Assembly (NCBI GenBank): GCA_001179505.1
Contig: CDMY01000363.1
Location: forward strand, 1-64,000
Source: Vitrella brassicaformis CCMP3155
Taxonomy: Eukaryota; Protista; Chromerida
Direction: 5' to 3'
DNA: 64,000 nt
Shown here piece by piece: positions 36,079-47,567 of this stretch (positions are counted from its first letter, which is position 1; every line of letters starts with the position of its first letter). The notes beneath the pieces were generated by a model. It was not told where the DNA came from. It saw only the letters and a list, made by a program, of their open reading frames with translations, and did not search any database. The position numbers and the translations under genes were made by a program.

Positions 36079-38783
36079 ATGAGCAGCCCTTCGCCCAGCA
36101 GCCCCGGCCCCTCCCCCTCCCTGTCAGCCGGGCTCGATGTGGCGTCGCTGCTGCTCAAGGGCGGGGCGGCCCTGGGCGGCCTGATGGTGGGGTACTCGGC
36201 CTGCCGCCTATCGTACTTCGTGTGTCGTTATGTGTGGAACTCGTCCAAGTACCGCGAGCTGCCTGCGAGTGAAGAGTCGATGCCCGTGTGGACGGCCAAG
36301 GACCCGACGGGCAAGTTCGAGGACTTCCTCGAGTCCATCCGGGACAAAGACAAACCCGGACAGTTCAGAAAGGTCAGTCAGTCGACAGACATGGCACAGT
36401 CGACACACACAATCAGGGCAGGGGAGGGGAGGGATGGGCAGGGTTCTCATGTCACGCGTCTGTGTCTGTCTGTGGGTGTTGATTGCCCATCGTGTGTGTG
36501 TGTGTGTGTGTGTCAGTTGGTTGACTGCGGTCCGTTCTTCGACGGTCGTCGGATCGTGCTGATCAACGACCCCGACGTGTTCGCCACGGTGCTCAACGAC
36601 CTCAAGGCCTTCCCCAAATACCCCGTCCATGCCACAGAGGTCTACATCGGCGATGGGTATGTATGCCATCCAATCCAACACAAGCCATGGGGGGGGACGA
36701 CGGAATCACAGCCGCCATCAAATGCCTTGTTGTCCCTTTCTCTGGTTTTGTGTGTTTGTGTGTGGTCTTATGGTGGTCAGTTTGCTCAACGCCAAGGGTG
36801 CGCAGTGGCACCGTCAGAGGAAGCTGCTGACCCCGCTGTTCCACTTCAAGGCCCTAAAACAGGCGCTGCCACACATGGTCCGCCGCGTCAAGACCGTCGT
36901 CGCACAGATCGACCAAGAGATCGACCAAAACACTGACAACCGCACCATCAGATGCAGAGACACATTCAAGTCAGTCAGTGACCCCACAATCGCGCCGCGG
37001 TGGCCACACACAGCAGGGTCTGACTGTGTGTATATCTGTGTGTATGTGTGTGTGTCCTGTGTGTGTGGCAGTGATTTGGCGCTTCAGATCATGATGGATT
37101 GTGTGTTCCCGGGCAAGTTTGACGGCCCTTGGATGATGGAGGCCTGGGAGATCTCCACGCGCTTCTCAAACACATACTTCATCGGCAGACTCATACTCGG
37201 TCAGCCACCCCCACCCCCACCCCACCCCCACCACCACCACCACACACCTTGTCTGTGTGTTCTTGCTGCAGGTTGGCCGTGGGACCTGCTGCCCCTCCCC
37301 TCCGCCCTGGGTCTGCACCTGCGTGTGTGGCGGATCGCTCAGCGCGTCAAGGCGGCCATCCGCGACACCAAGCGGCGGCTGCAGCAGCAGGAGGCGGAGC
37401 AGGGCAGCGGCAAGGTGGAAGCGGGTGGCAATCTGGTGGAAATGCTGGTGTCGACGGACGGCATCAGCGACCACCAGGTGCTGCTGGAGGCCTTAACTTT
37501 TTTGGGCGCCGGGCACGCCACCACTTCCAACATGCTCTGCTGGGCACTCTACCACCTCGCCAAATACCCAGACAAACAGGTGCAAGGCGAGGCGATGCAA
37601 TCAGTGGCCGCACTGTGTTGCTCGGTGGATGGATCGATGGATGCATCCCTGGTGTGTTATTGTGTTGTGTTGTGTTGGTTGTGTGTCAGGCCAAGTTGCA
37701 TCGTGAGATCGACGAGATGTTTGGCGGCGAGCCGATCGCTCCGGAGGACTACATGAGACTCGAGTACTGCAGGGCCGTCATCAAGGAGACACTCAGGTAC
37801 ACCAGACACCAGGGGAGAAGGGAGGGCAGGGTGGGAGGTGAGACGACCAACAGGGCAACCGTCCATTCATCCACTGTCTGTCTGTCTGTCTGTCTGCCCG
37901 CATCGACGAATCAGGTTGCGTCCGTTGATTGCCTACATGGAGCGGCTCAGCCACAAGAAGATCCACGTCGACGGACACACCATCCCACCAGGTACACAAC
38001 CAGACACCTGTGTGCAGGTACACAACCAGACACTTCTCCTCTCTCTCTGTCGACAGGCACTGCTGTGTGGCTGGGGACCTACTTCCTCCACCACGACGAG
38101 CGTTACTGGGAGGACCCCGAGGCCTTCATGCCTGAGCGGTGGCTGGAGGAGGTGCCCGACGAGGGCCCCGACGCCAACCCACAGGACTCGGGGGTCACGG
38201 CACACCACGCCACACTCACCGACAAGATGCGGACGGCCGGCGGGAGGGCGCCGCGGTACCAGGCGGCCACGCCATTCAACCACCCGTATGCCTACGTGCC
38301 CTTCGCTGCCGGGCCCAGGAACTGCATCGGCCAGAAGGTGGGCATAGCGGCGGACACACACTCACATAGAGGCGGTATTCTGGATGGTGTGACATATTCT
38401 CGGTGGCCCGTTTGTGTGTTGTGTATGTCTGTATGTGTCAGTTCGCGCTGCAAGAGTCGATGGTACGCCGACGCGCGCACATGAAAAGGCCCCCACATGG
38501 CCACCCATTCTCTCCGTTCCCCTGGCATGTGTGTGTGTGTGTGTGTGTGTGGTGTGTCCAGGTGATCCTGTGCGAGTTGTTTCAGCGGTTTGAGGTGTCG
38601 CTGGCGGGCCCCGACCGAGTCAAGGCCATGTTCCCCATCACCATGATCCCACTCAACATACACATCGCATTCAAACGGCGGACCACATTCTACTTCAGCA
38701 ACAACACACACACCACAAGCAGCAACACAAGCCAGGCATCCACCGCCCCATCCACACCCCTGCTCCCCGCTGCTGCTGTGTGA
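36079..38783 (+). CDS. CYP: Cytochrome P450 (CYP4-clan-like), ~10 exons
   Basis: N-terminal TM anchor, WHRQRKLLTPLFHF (C helix), AGHATT (I helix), KETLR (ExxR), FMPERW, and PFAAGPRNCIGQK|FALQE (heme ligand). Confidence 0.97.
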
Positions 38784-38789
38784 CCACAC

Positions 38790-41500
38790 TCGCCTGTGCT
38801 GTGCTGTGCTGTGTTGTGTTGTTTGACGTCAAGTGTTTGTTTTTGAATACGATGTGTGGCGGGCTGTGGCGGGGCGTGAGAGGGTGTGGGTGAGGTCGAG
38901 GGATAGCCTGCAATGGCAGGGAGACATGGCTATACTTACAGGGCGGGCTGGGTGAGTGGGTGGCTGGATGGCTGGATGGTGGGGAGGGGGAGGTTTTGGA
39001 GCTCACGTCTCGCCTCTATTGCTGATGCTGATGCTGCTACTGCTGATGATACATATACATGGCACCGGTGGGTGGCTTTTTCCGTTCCATCACTTGCGCA
39101 CCCACCCATTTCCACCACCCATTTCCACACACACTCGTCTTTTTCCTTCCTCCCTCCCTACCTCTTCTCTCCTCTACCTATCTATCTATCTAGTTACCTT
39201 TCTGTGGTGCTATCATTTTGTCCCTGTGTGTGCCTGCGGATGGATGGATGGATGGGGTCTTTCCTTTCTGATTCGTTTCATTTTCGTCCATCTGTGTGCG
39301 CCGATCGCTGGCTGTCCCGCCCTCCGCAAGACATTCCATCAGCCAGCCAGCCAGCCGGAGTGGAGGCGTATTTGTGAGCAGAGATGACATGACATGGCTT
39401 GAAGGGCGGCTGTGAGAGCTTTCCTTATGTGAAAGGGCAATGTTTCGGGGTAGACACACGAGGGGGAGGAGAGGAAAGTCGTTTTTTTGCTGACGACGGA
39501 CGGAGAGAGATAGACATCGTGTGTGAGAGTGTGGCGAGTGGGCGAGAAAAGGTGTGGCTGGATAGTGTGATGTGGTGTGTGGTGCGTGTGCTGCGGGTGC
39601 GTCAGCCCCATTTTATCTTATCTAGGTGTCATGCCTACCCTGTCTAGGTGCTACATATCTCTCGGTCTGTCTGATGCTCTGGCTGGCTCTTCTGTGCAGA
39701 CAGACAGACGAACGTAGAGCAATGTTTTTCAACACGTGCACACGATACAAGGATGCAACAAGGTCGGTGGCTGGGTGGGTGGGGCTGGGGCCGGTGCTGT
39801 GTAGGTTTAGCCTGCGTGTGTTTGTGGCTGAGTGTCCAACTTGCCGATGGATAGGTACATATCGCTCTCTGCATACTTCTGCTGTGCAAATATCGGTGGA
39901 TGTGGATAAGACGACCGCATATATATGTCCGTGCGTGTTCATGTGGTGGTGGTGGTGGTGGGGCGGTTGGGACAACAGCAGCCGTGAATAAATCCATCAG
40001 CCAGCCAACCAGCCGATTGACCAATACATCACTCGACTCGACAGGTCTCCGGTGGTGTGTCTCTTTCGCCGTCCCTCCCCACAACCCCACACAGGCAGAT
40101 ACCTGGCCATCCATCCATCCATCCGTCCACACTTGCTTGAAACCTCCACCACAATCTCACCAGAGAAAGACACACACGTGGACACACACAGCACCAGCAG
40201 CAAAAAAACTCACTCACGATCGACCGAGATCACACACCACATCACACACCACATCCCCGGGCGGGATGCTGCCTGTGTCAGGTGGTTACGCTCCCCCGCC
40301 CCAATGCTGTGCGTCACATTGGTTACGCCCCTGTGACACGACGCATTGAGGCTCCAGATCACAACCACCACGACACAGACTAACCAAGGACACAACACGC
40401 GACGGAAAGCCTCCCTCTCTCTGTCTCTCTGGCTTGTCCTGTCTGATGGGCGGTGCCGCCTCCGACCCGTCAGGCTGTGCCGTGCACGCCTGAGTGCGCA
40501 CTCGCCACAGACTGCCGAGACGGAAACAGAGTCACCCACCAGCCAAGACGTACACCAACCTTGCACTCTACAAACTCTCTACCTACCAGGCTCTCTCCGC
40601 TTCACATAGATCGGGCGGCAAAAAATGGTCATAATACGAGATGCAATGCAATGCCATTCACCTCTCCCAAGCACCCATCACCCACCCAAACATCGATGTA
40701 GGCAGATAGGCAGACAGACAGACGGTGAGTGAGAGGCGGTAAGGGGTATTCATTCTCCTGACGAGGCTGGCTGGACAGTGCCATGCCAGCCCAGCCCAGC
40801 CAGCCAGCCACGCTGATGCAATGCAATCAGTGCATGCAATGCCTGGCCCGGTCCATCCCATTGCTCCCATACATCCATCCATCCATTCACCCGTCCATCC
40901 GGCTTGTGCAATTAAGAAGGCTGAAGGGGAAACGACAAACAAGAGAGAGATAGATAGCATGGTATGGTATGGCATGGACAGCACCGTATATCCCTGATCG
41001 ACCGACGGACGGGCGGACAGATCAGGTCAGCCACGTCCCCTCCCATCCCCCTTCGGGAAAACTGGCACACACGCACTGCTGGAGGCGAAAAAGGATGCAG
41101 TGCTGGTGCATGCAGACACGCATCACATCACAGACATGACAGTATGGATGTACCTGCTACGGCCACAGACATACACACGTAGACAGACAGACAGACAGAC
41201 AGGCAGTGAGACCCATGACCACTGATCATCAGATCGGTCGACAAAAAGGTGTCGCGCTGTTATACAATATGCAGGCATATCATGGCCGCCCCACCCACTC
41301 GCGATGGCCACCTCCCCACCTCATGCAGGAAGACAGGGGGGCAGCTAAGCAGGAGGAGAGCGGCTGCACACATGGCAGAAACCAGAAACCCAGTCCCCCA
41401 AAAAGCACGCTGACAAACAAGACAAACAAGGTGATGCGAGCAGGCGCACACGCCCGCTCGGGTGCGATACGTCAAGATAGATATGCGATATCCCTCCCTG
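38790..41500. repeat. Microsatellite-rich, apparently non-coding region between convergent genes
   Basis: Dense (GGAT)n, (CCAG)n, (AGAC)n and CT-rich tracts with no convincing spliced ORF. Confidence 0.6.
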
Positions 41501-41539
41501 GCCCTTCCTCCATCCCTCCCTCTCTCTCCCATCACCCCA

Positions 41540-43702
41540 TCATACCCGTTTCCCCCTGCCCTGCACAAAGTAGCCCGCTGACGGCCCCAGCCCCTCAAAC
41601 GCCTCAGCGATGGGCCCCCCCGCCTGATGGGAATCCAGCGACAACGGCCTCTTGCTGGCAAAAGCCGCCCGATCGTGCTGCAGACGAATGGGAAACGCGG
41701 GGAGGCTGCCGACGCTCTGGGCCGCATATGGGACGGGGGCGCTGCCCACGCCGGGAGGCTCGCTGTGCGCGTCCTCCGCGGTGTGTGAGTGGTGTCTGTG
41801 CCGCTGGTGGTTGTGGTGGTGATGATGGTGGCTGCTGGTGCTGCTGGATCGCCTGCCGCTTTTCTTGGAGATGAACTGCCTGATGCGCTCCCACGCGTTA
41901 GTGGGGTACACGGCCACGCGGAAAGACGAGGCCGCCCGGTCGCAGTCCAGCGGGCCAGAGACGGGCGACGGGGACGGCGGAGGGGGCGGGATGGGCGTAG
42001 AGGTGGGGGTGACGGTAAGGTCCTCCTGGTGTGACTGGGCACTGGTGGACCGGCGGAGGTCACCCTGCATCTCCTGCTCCTCGGGAATGACGGCAAAGGA
42101 CGTCACGTGCGCATCGGGCTCCCTCAGCCCGCGGAACACCGCCTCTCCGCCAGATGGCTGCTCCCGGCTGTGCATCTCGGTGGTGGTCAGAATGATCTCC
42201 ACACGCCCATCCCTCTCCCTGTCCACAGTCGTGTCGGTGTGCACCATGCCGCTGTCACTGGCCGTCTCAGCGTGGGCAGCGGCGTGGTCGACACAGCCGG
42301 CGTGATCGACGTCCTGTTGATCGTATGACAGCGACCTCCGACGACTAATGGCGACGGGAGGGTGGAGACGGGGCGAGTGCAGGGAGGGCAGCCGGCCAGC
42401 GGCACCCTCCAGTGGGGGCACAGACAGGGCGGGTGAGAGAGAGAAGACGCTGCCACTGCCTCGGCCCGATTGTCGGTCGGGCGAGTCGGCGAGGGGGTGG
42501 TCCTTGCCCGTGTTGTCCGTGTTGGGGGGTGAGAGCGTCTGGGCTGGTCCGGCCTGCCGTGCAGTGGGTGACGATGGCCCCGGTGGGCTGCCAGCTGGGC
42601 TTGGGAGAGGGGAGGGGTTGAGGTGCAGCTCCTCCAGGGCGGCCTTGAGCTGATTCAGATAGTCCTCCTCAGGCATGTCACTGATGGATGGCACGCACAC
42701 ACAGACCGTGACTTGTGCGTGAGTGGGGGCGTCGTTGAGCTTGACTGGCCACGCACCTGAGCTTGAGCAGCTTTTGGAAGAGGTAGGTCTCCTGCAGCCT
42801 GAAGTGGTTGGTGATCCTCCCGTCGGCATGGGTCACAATGGTCGCACGCACTATGTTAAAGCCATGCTGCACAACACAACACGACACAACACAACACACG
42901 CATCCGGGTGTCCACTTGCCCATGCGACTCATTTACATGTCCTTTACTGACCTGAAACACGGTATGTGCGATTTGGTAGAGCAGGCCGGGGCTGTGGGAG
43001 CCAGCTCGCCCCTGTATCTCAACCTCCACCTGACGCTTAGCTGCACGCACACACCAACCACAGACCCGTCGACACATGCACGCATCAACGGCGCACGCCA
43101 GCCTGCTTCCCCCGCCATCATCTGACCGGGCTGGAAGAGGTCCTGCTGGTACTTGTACTCATGCAGCGCCACCCCTTTCTGCGGCCCGAATGCCGCCTGC
43201 TCGAGGTCTCGCCTGAGCTCCTCCAACAAGGCGGCGTCGGCATCGTCCTGCACCTTGTCGAGCTCGAACGTGTCCTTGACCACACGCGTCGTCGCAGGGC
43301 CGCGCGTCTCGAGCCGTGCCGTCCGGACGCTGTACTTGTACTTTTTGAAACACTCCGCCACACGCTCCAGCAGACCGATGTGGTCAGCACCTGATTCATC
43401 AACCATACACACTCGAATGCTCAATGCTGCTGCTGCGTTAGTACCGGTGATCTCGATGACGGGGTGGTTTGGCGTGCCCTTGATGGAGAGGTTGACGCGC
43501 AACTGCTTCTCCTCCCTCTTGGGCTGCTGATAGGCGTGCATGATGCTGTAGTCAATCTGGTGGCCAGCATCGGCGGGTGCCGCCTCGCCGCCAACGGCAG
43601 TGTAGCTCTGAACGAAGAACGCAGAGAGATGCAGCGAGTCAGCATGGGCCAGCAGTGAGCATCGGCCTGGGTGTGAGTCATCCATTGGCGCACCTTGTAC
43701 AT
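41540..43702 (-). CDS. Tandem ACT-domain protein (ACR/GlnD-like ACT folds) with a long disordered C-terminus
   Basis: gccgccATG MYK|SYTAV...; ADHIGLLERVAECFKKYKYSVRTARLET...VKDTFEL (ACT 1); VEVEIQGRAGSHSPGLLYQIAHTVFQ|HGFNIVRATIVT...NHFRL (ACT 2); S/P-rich tail. Confidence 0.75.
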
Positions 43703-43964
43703 GGCGGCTGTGGTTATGACACGGCAAAAGGGAAAGCCTCACATTCATCCATGGTCAGCGCATCCTGCCCTTCGTGCAGCCTTCATTTCTTCAGCTCGCA
43801 GATTATTTTCGAGCGTCGAGAATTGCGCGAGCTCAGGGGAGACGTGGATTTTTCTCATTTTTCGTCACTTCCTTATCGCTTTGTCGCTTTTCCGCTGGGA
43901 TTGCCTCATCTCCTTGCTGCTGCGAGCCCTGATTTGCATCAACCCTGCGCTTGTCATTGCAGCC

Positions 43965-44953
43965 GATGCCCATGTCCACCCGAAGAGGGGCATTTCTTCG
44001 GCCACGACCTCTTCCAGCGGCCGCTACAGCCCGAGCTCAACCATGTCGAGTGCCGAGCCCAAGACCTCCGGCTGTTTGTGGAGGCCATCATCCCCCTCAG
44101 CTCGGTCGGCATTGGCCACCGCAAGCGAGCCACCATCTGGCTCGAGTACGCCCACCACCCCGATGCCCTGGAGCGCATGAGCAGATGCTGTCAGCTGGAC
44201 GGCTACAGCATCAACAAGGTCGACCTGCAGAGACGCCACACCGGCAATTGGCCGACTCTCCTTCCGTCGACGATGCTGCTCCCCACCCCTACATGACCAG
44301 AAGGAGAAGTGAGTTCCTCTCGGTAGCACGCAGGAACGATAAGAAGAGAGAGCGTATTGTACTGCTGCCCTTCCGACTCGCCGCGCCAGAGGCGGACAAG
44401 TGCATCGCACGGGACAACTGGCCGCAAGAGGACGTGCATCGGCTGCTGATACTGAGGGAGCGGCTGAGGAAGGTCGTGCCTGCGGTGAGTGAGCTAGGGA
44501 TCGGCAAGAGAGGGAGGGCTGCGCACATTCGTTTGTCTGTTTCTCTGTCTGTTGATGTCTGTCTGTCGATGTGTGTGTGTTTGTATACATCAGGATGAGG
44601 AGCTCATTGCCCAGTCGCGGTGGATGAGCATCCACAAGCTGCTCGATGCCCCCGACACCATCGGGACGACGCGGATCTCGAGCGGGACGATGCGGATCCT
44701 CGAGATCCGCGTCGAGGAGCCCGTCCACGACAGACGGGGGGGGCAGCGTGCCGTGGCTGGCGCAGCTGCAGCTGATGGAGCTGCTTCGCCTGTATGGAGT
44801 GGCGGTGAAGGGCATGCGGCTGGCTGGCCCCCATGAGCACGGGGTTCATGGCCGGCTACCTGCATCTCAAGCCGACGGGGCTCGTTCGGGCGCTGCTTCT
44901 CGGGAGGTGGGTGGGTGGACAGCGAGGGGACGGATGGATTCATGGAGACCTGG

Positions 44954-44986
<33 letters not shown>

Positions 44987-45300
44987 GTGTGTGTGTGTGT
45001 TGTGCGTGGCCTGCAGTGAGACCAAGTTCCGCGAATACGTGGCGGACATGACGGCCGAGATCGTGCGGATCGAGGGTTGCCGATGCGACAGCAATGGGTA
45101 TACGCAGGCAGGCAGGCAGGCAGGCAGACACACGCTTCCACTGACAGGTACAACTTCACACACCCTTCTCCCCTCGCTTTCCCATTATTGTCAGCACACT
45201 GTCGCCGATCCTGGAGGACCCAGCAATGGCAACCCGGCCGATGTTGCTGCTGCTGCTCCTCTTGAAGCGCAGCTGCCGTCTGCAGCCTTCTGCTGCCTTT
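43965..45300 (+). pseudogene. ACT-like family Y, copy A (frameshifted)
   Basis: Colinear with the intact copy at 49599-51461 (EEGHFFGH, DKCIARD, IAQSRWMS, LVRALLLGR, FREYV.DM) but needs at least 3 frame changes, at ~44250, in the G8 run 44736-44743 and at ~44835. Confidence 0.8.
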
Positions 45301-46200
45301 CAAAAAGCTGACAAAAAGGAGAAACGGAGAGGCTCTCTTGACCTGCCTCCATTGCTTTGTGTCTGTGTCGTCTCAGAAGCGCAGCCGCCTATGAGTTCCT
45401 CGAGGAAGCGGGAGGACCACGCTCCCTACGTGCAACAGCGCGATGCAGCGATGGGGTCCATCATCATGTGGATGGAAGGTACACACGCTCAGCCATCCTT
45501 GACATATGCATGCCTTTTGCCCCTGACGCAGCTAAGTCGAGGAAGGACTTGACTACATCGACGGAGCAGAGCGGTGCGAACAATGAATGGCTTCACTTGG
45601 ATACTATGAATGGCGTCATGAAGATCTGCCGCAGAGATGGGTGCAGCCGGGTCAGTCACCACACACCAATGCTTGAACACAGTGGCATGCTCTCTCGGTG
45701 AGGTGCGTGTGTGTGCAGATCGATGTGTGCGTGGGAGGAGCCTGCCAGCTCAACGAACCGCAGCTGCCGTCTGCAGCCTTCCTCGAGCTGTTGTGCAGGG
45801 CCACTCTCGGTAGTAAAGCTGACAAAAAGAGAAACGGAGAGGCTCTCTTCACCTGCCTCCATTGCTTGGTCTCTGTTGTCTCAGGAGCTCCGCTGCGTGC
45901 TGACGATCTCTCGTGCCTGTCGCCCAAGAGAAAGAAGACCAAAACCGAAGACACTCATGACCAGGTCTGACATCACCCTCCCTGCAGCCCCTTGGGCACT
46001 GCATGCAGTGCAGGCTATCCTTCCCACCTGTGCATTCATTGTATCTGTCAGGCTGCTGGTGGACTTCTGCTTATGTTGCATTAGGCTATTGCGGGCGGAA
46101 AGGAGTGAGAAGCCGGCGCCGGAAGACACACAAGAAGCAGGTGAGCACTTACACACACGCGCTTCTGGCCCTGCGTATGTGAGCAGTCGTTGCGTGTAGT
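45269..46200 (+). pseudogene. Degenerate coding-like fragments containing a ~110-130-bp internal duplication (45269-45380 vs 45760-45890)
   Basis: gcagctgccgtctgcagccttc...gctgacaaaaag.agaaacggagaggctctctt.acctgcctccattgctt occurs twice; the second copy reads QLPSAAFLELLCRATLGSKADKKRNGEALFTCLHCLVSVVSG. Confidence 0.4.
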
Positions 46201-46227
46201 TTTTGCTGTCGAGAGCGGCTGCTGACA

Positions 46228-47093
46228 AGGTAGACCGGCTTTATGGCCGGTCTGCAGCTGAAGCCCGGCTGACCAGGCTGGTCCGTGCGCTACTGCTAGG
46301 CAGGTGAGTGGGTGGGCACACTCGCGGGTGGGGAAGTTGCATAGAACACGCGTGTCTGTTTGTTGGTTGGTCATCCCTGGCTGTCAGTGAGTCACGCTTC
46401 CGCGAGTACGTCGCGGACATGGTCGCGGAGCTCATTCGCATCGAAGGCTGCAGATCTGACGGCATCGGAGAGCCCACCCACGAACGGTCAGCCGGGGACA
46501 TCCCGTGGCTGGCTCAGGTGATGGAGCTCCTGCGGAGCTACGGGGTGGGCATCAAGAGCCTCCGGCTGCTGCCCAAGCACAGCGGCTTCGTGAGCGGCTA
46601 CCTGCAGCTGAAGCCGACCAGGCTGGTCCGTGCACTGCTGCTGGGCAGGTGAGTGGAGGGGCACACTGGCGGGCGGGGAAGTTGCATAGAACACGCGTGT
46701 CTGTTTGTTGGTTGGTCATCCCTGGCTGTCAGTGAGTCACGCTTTCGCGAGTACGTCGCGGACATGGTCACGGAGCTCATTCGCATCGAAGGCTGCCGAT
46801 CGACCCTTCCGCCGGCCATCACACCCGCCGCCGTCCCATCCCGTCCCTGACCGTGCCACCACCGAGCATGACGCGCCGCCACCAGAGGGCCGCCCGCAGC
46901 TAGTGGAGAGTGTGGGGGCGCCCGATGAGCTGCATCGGCAGCTCGACAAGGCCGAGAGCGACGACCACGGGGAGGGCGCGGCAACGACATCGGCAGGAGG
47001 TGCCACTGATGGGCAGGACTCCTCTCCATCGACATCGTGCTGCGGGCGCGACAAGCCCATTCTGTCGTCACTCGACTCGGCTCTCAAGGTGTC
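46228..47093 (+). pseudogene. ACT-like family Y, copy B (5'- and 3'-truncated, with an internal 345-bp tandem duplication)
   Basis: LVRALLLGR|intron|SESRFREYVADMV occurs twice, 345 bp apart; homology to copy C stops at ~47093. Confidence 0.85.
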
Positions 47094-47567
47094 CCATCGA
47101 ATATGTCCATCTTTCTGCCAACCTCATGGCTTTTCTCTTTTCGACAATGTGGAAAGAAGCTCTTGCGGGCATTCCAGGAGGCACGGGGGGCAGAGGGCTG
47201 AGTGTCGGCTTCACATCGCTGTCTCCATTTTATATTTGATGTCTCTGCAGGACGCCAAATCGCCAGCTCATATATCTGATATGCGTAGATGAACTGAATG
47301 CACGCGGATTGGACGAGACATAAGTTAGCTTTCGCAATTGAATGAGTCAGTCGAGTTGATTTGAGCACCAGCTTCTGTACAATCAGCATCACACACGCCA
47401 CGTAAGCTATGCAGCTATGCACAAGAAAAGAGCCAAGGAAGGCAGGCGCAAAATACACCTACCAGACGGCACATGTCTACATCTATGCCTACATCCACCG
47501 GGCACGCAGCCATCTTTCCCACAGCCGGTCAGCGGCGACACTCTACTGCTGCCCCCTGTCGCCCCAA

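Noticed and set aside
38790-41500. Hidden ncRNA or small gene in the coding desert
   Set aside because: No tRNA, snoRNA box pair or consistent spliced ORF could be supported; it is mostly simple repeats.
47084-47458. Minus-strand 124-aa ORF as a transposon or reverse-transcriptase remnant
   Set aside because: No recognisable RT, integrase or transposase motif.
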